NCBI RefSeq assembly: GCF_009914755.1
Contig: NC_060929.1
Source of the DNA: the human T2T-CHM13v2.0 reference genome, Homo sapiens
Strand: one strand, 5' to 3'
DNA length: 64,000 bases
Shown: positions 62,557 to 64,000 of the stretch, piece by piece
Numbering within the stretch: the stretch's first letter is position 1
Layout of the letters: each line of letters opens with the position of its first letter
The notes under the pieces: generated by a model
Told to the model about the DNA's origin: nothing
Databases searched by the model: none
What the model saw: the letters and a program-made list of their open reading frames with translations, nothing else
Translations under genes and position numbers: made by a program

Positions 62557-62703
62557 CATTTCTGAATTTTCCTTGGTAACGGCTTTTAGTTTTTCTTCCA
62601 TGCGCTGCAAGGACACCATCAGTTCATCGTTTCTCTTGGCGAGGCACTTGTTCCTTTCCAGGAGAGGTTTACATTGCTTTTCGGTTTCCCGCACACGTTT
62701 TAA
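62557..62703 (-). CDS. JAKMIP2: JAKMIP2 coding exon (~exon 6), LKRVRETEKQ...KAVTKENSEM, 49 aa
   Basis: ttcccag|TTA acceptor, ATG|gtgtgt donor, 147 nt open frame; coiled-coil peptide matches recalled JAKMIP2. Confidence 0.97.
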
Positions 62704-63378
62704 CTGGGAAGAAATAAGTGAAGATTTGTGTCTTGCGTTTGGGGGACGTGGGGGCAGGGGAGTAAAGTGGTGGGAGTGAAAGCACCTCTGGAGACAGCCT
62801 TGTCTCTGCTTCACTATGTGGCTGAGGACTGACCACTGACATTTCAATCCTTCATTTAACAGACTGTTTGCTTTCTTTTCAGTTTTCTCTAACGGTTTTT
62901 CATCACAGCCTTCATAGCCTTATATCAATCCATTGTCTTAAGGAAAGTACTCCAGAGACTGGTTTTGGAAATGCTCGGGAGGACGCGCTCTCCTTGCTTT
63001 CTTTCGCTTCCCCGACTTGTTACTCCACCGTGCTCAGCTGCAATCCCTGCACCTGGAATGACCTGCATTAGCTCAGAGATAAAGGAGCTCACCCAGACCA
63101 CACGGCCACTAAGTAATGCGACCAGGAGCTGAATCCAAGCCTGGTTATGTCCAAAGGTCATTCTTTCAGAGACCTTGTGGAAATCTCCTGACTCGCACTA
63201 CAGTTGTTATTTTAAAAGAAATTTTATCGAGGGGAAAAAAACCACACGTAAGTTTGAAACTCTGTGGATGTTTGTGTAAGGATATCAAATTCTCCCCAAG
63301 CTTAGTAAAGTATGATTGTATTGTTATCCACCCATAATTAAGAGTGAGCATACTCTCATTTGCTTGGTTAGTCTAAAG

Positions 63379-63569
63379 CAGGGTTTCTCAGTCTCGGCGT
63401 CTGTGACATTTTGAGCCGGATGTTTTTTTGATGTAAGGTGTCCTGTGCAGTGGAGGATGTTTAGCGGCATCCTTGGCCTCTGCTGGCTAGATGCCAGTAA
63501 CACTCTGCTAATTGCGACCATCAAAAACATCAGATATTGCCAAAATCGCCTGTAGTTGGGAACCACTGG
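63379..63569. mobile_element. MER20 hAT-Charlie DNA transposon
   Basis: cagggtttctca...tgggaaccactg terminal inverted repeats; 8-bp TSD gtctaaag/gtctaagt. Confidence 0.88.
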
Positions 63570-64000
63570 TCTAAGTTTATGAAAATTGTCTTGAGGGGAT
63601 TGTCAATAGTCCTCCCCTTTACTTTTAAAACACTCCTTTTTGTATATTTCATGATCATCCTATACATTATAGATTTTCATTTTCAGCTTCTCATGATTAG
63701 CTTATTCTTTTCTTACTAATGATTCTGAATGTGAGTATGTATTGGGAGAAGAGCAAGGAAAAAGGAGGGCTGTATTCGAAATATTTGAGAAGACTTTTTA
63801 AAGTGCGCACTACTGTTCTTGAGATTCTAAGATTTTGGGAAGTGCTGAGGTGGAAGACTTAGCTAATTATGAATATTTGTAAAATCTCATCTTACGATTC
63901 TTAAACAGCACTTCTGCAAATCCATCTCAATCTCAATTTCGTATTAAAGAAATAACTCCATTTCATATTAAAGGCCAAAACTGGGTTTATTTTTACAAAT

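Overview
Primate (very likely human) genomic DNA holding the 3' two-thirds of JAKMIP2 (NECC1/KIAA0555, a neuronal/neuroendocrine long coiled-coil protein) on the minus strand. I read 15 internal coding exons (62703 down to 30012, 492 codons, all GT-AG and all phase 0). They are followed by a 71-nt cassette exon (19459-19529) encoding the hydrophobic tail FLFLFLFFSLAFILWP* and a terminal exon starting at 9421 that gives SNRKHG* when the cassette is skipped. The 3' UTR is about 6.2 kb, with proximal and distal AATAAA signals. The rest is intronic or downstream DNA rich in Alu, L1 (one full-length, degenerate, sense-oriented L1PA), L2, MIR, MER and LTR relics. Gene identity comes from recalled protein sequence. 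Exon numbers and repeat subfamilies are by eye and were not searched. I see no prokaryote-type or wholly new system. The best leads are splicing and 3'-end features: a possible third C-terminus hidden in the UTR, the all-phase-0 exon architecture, and elements around the membrane-anchor exon.
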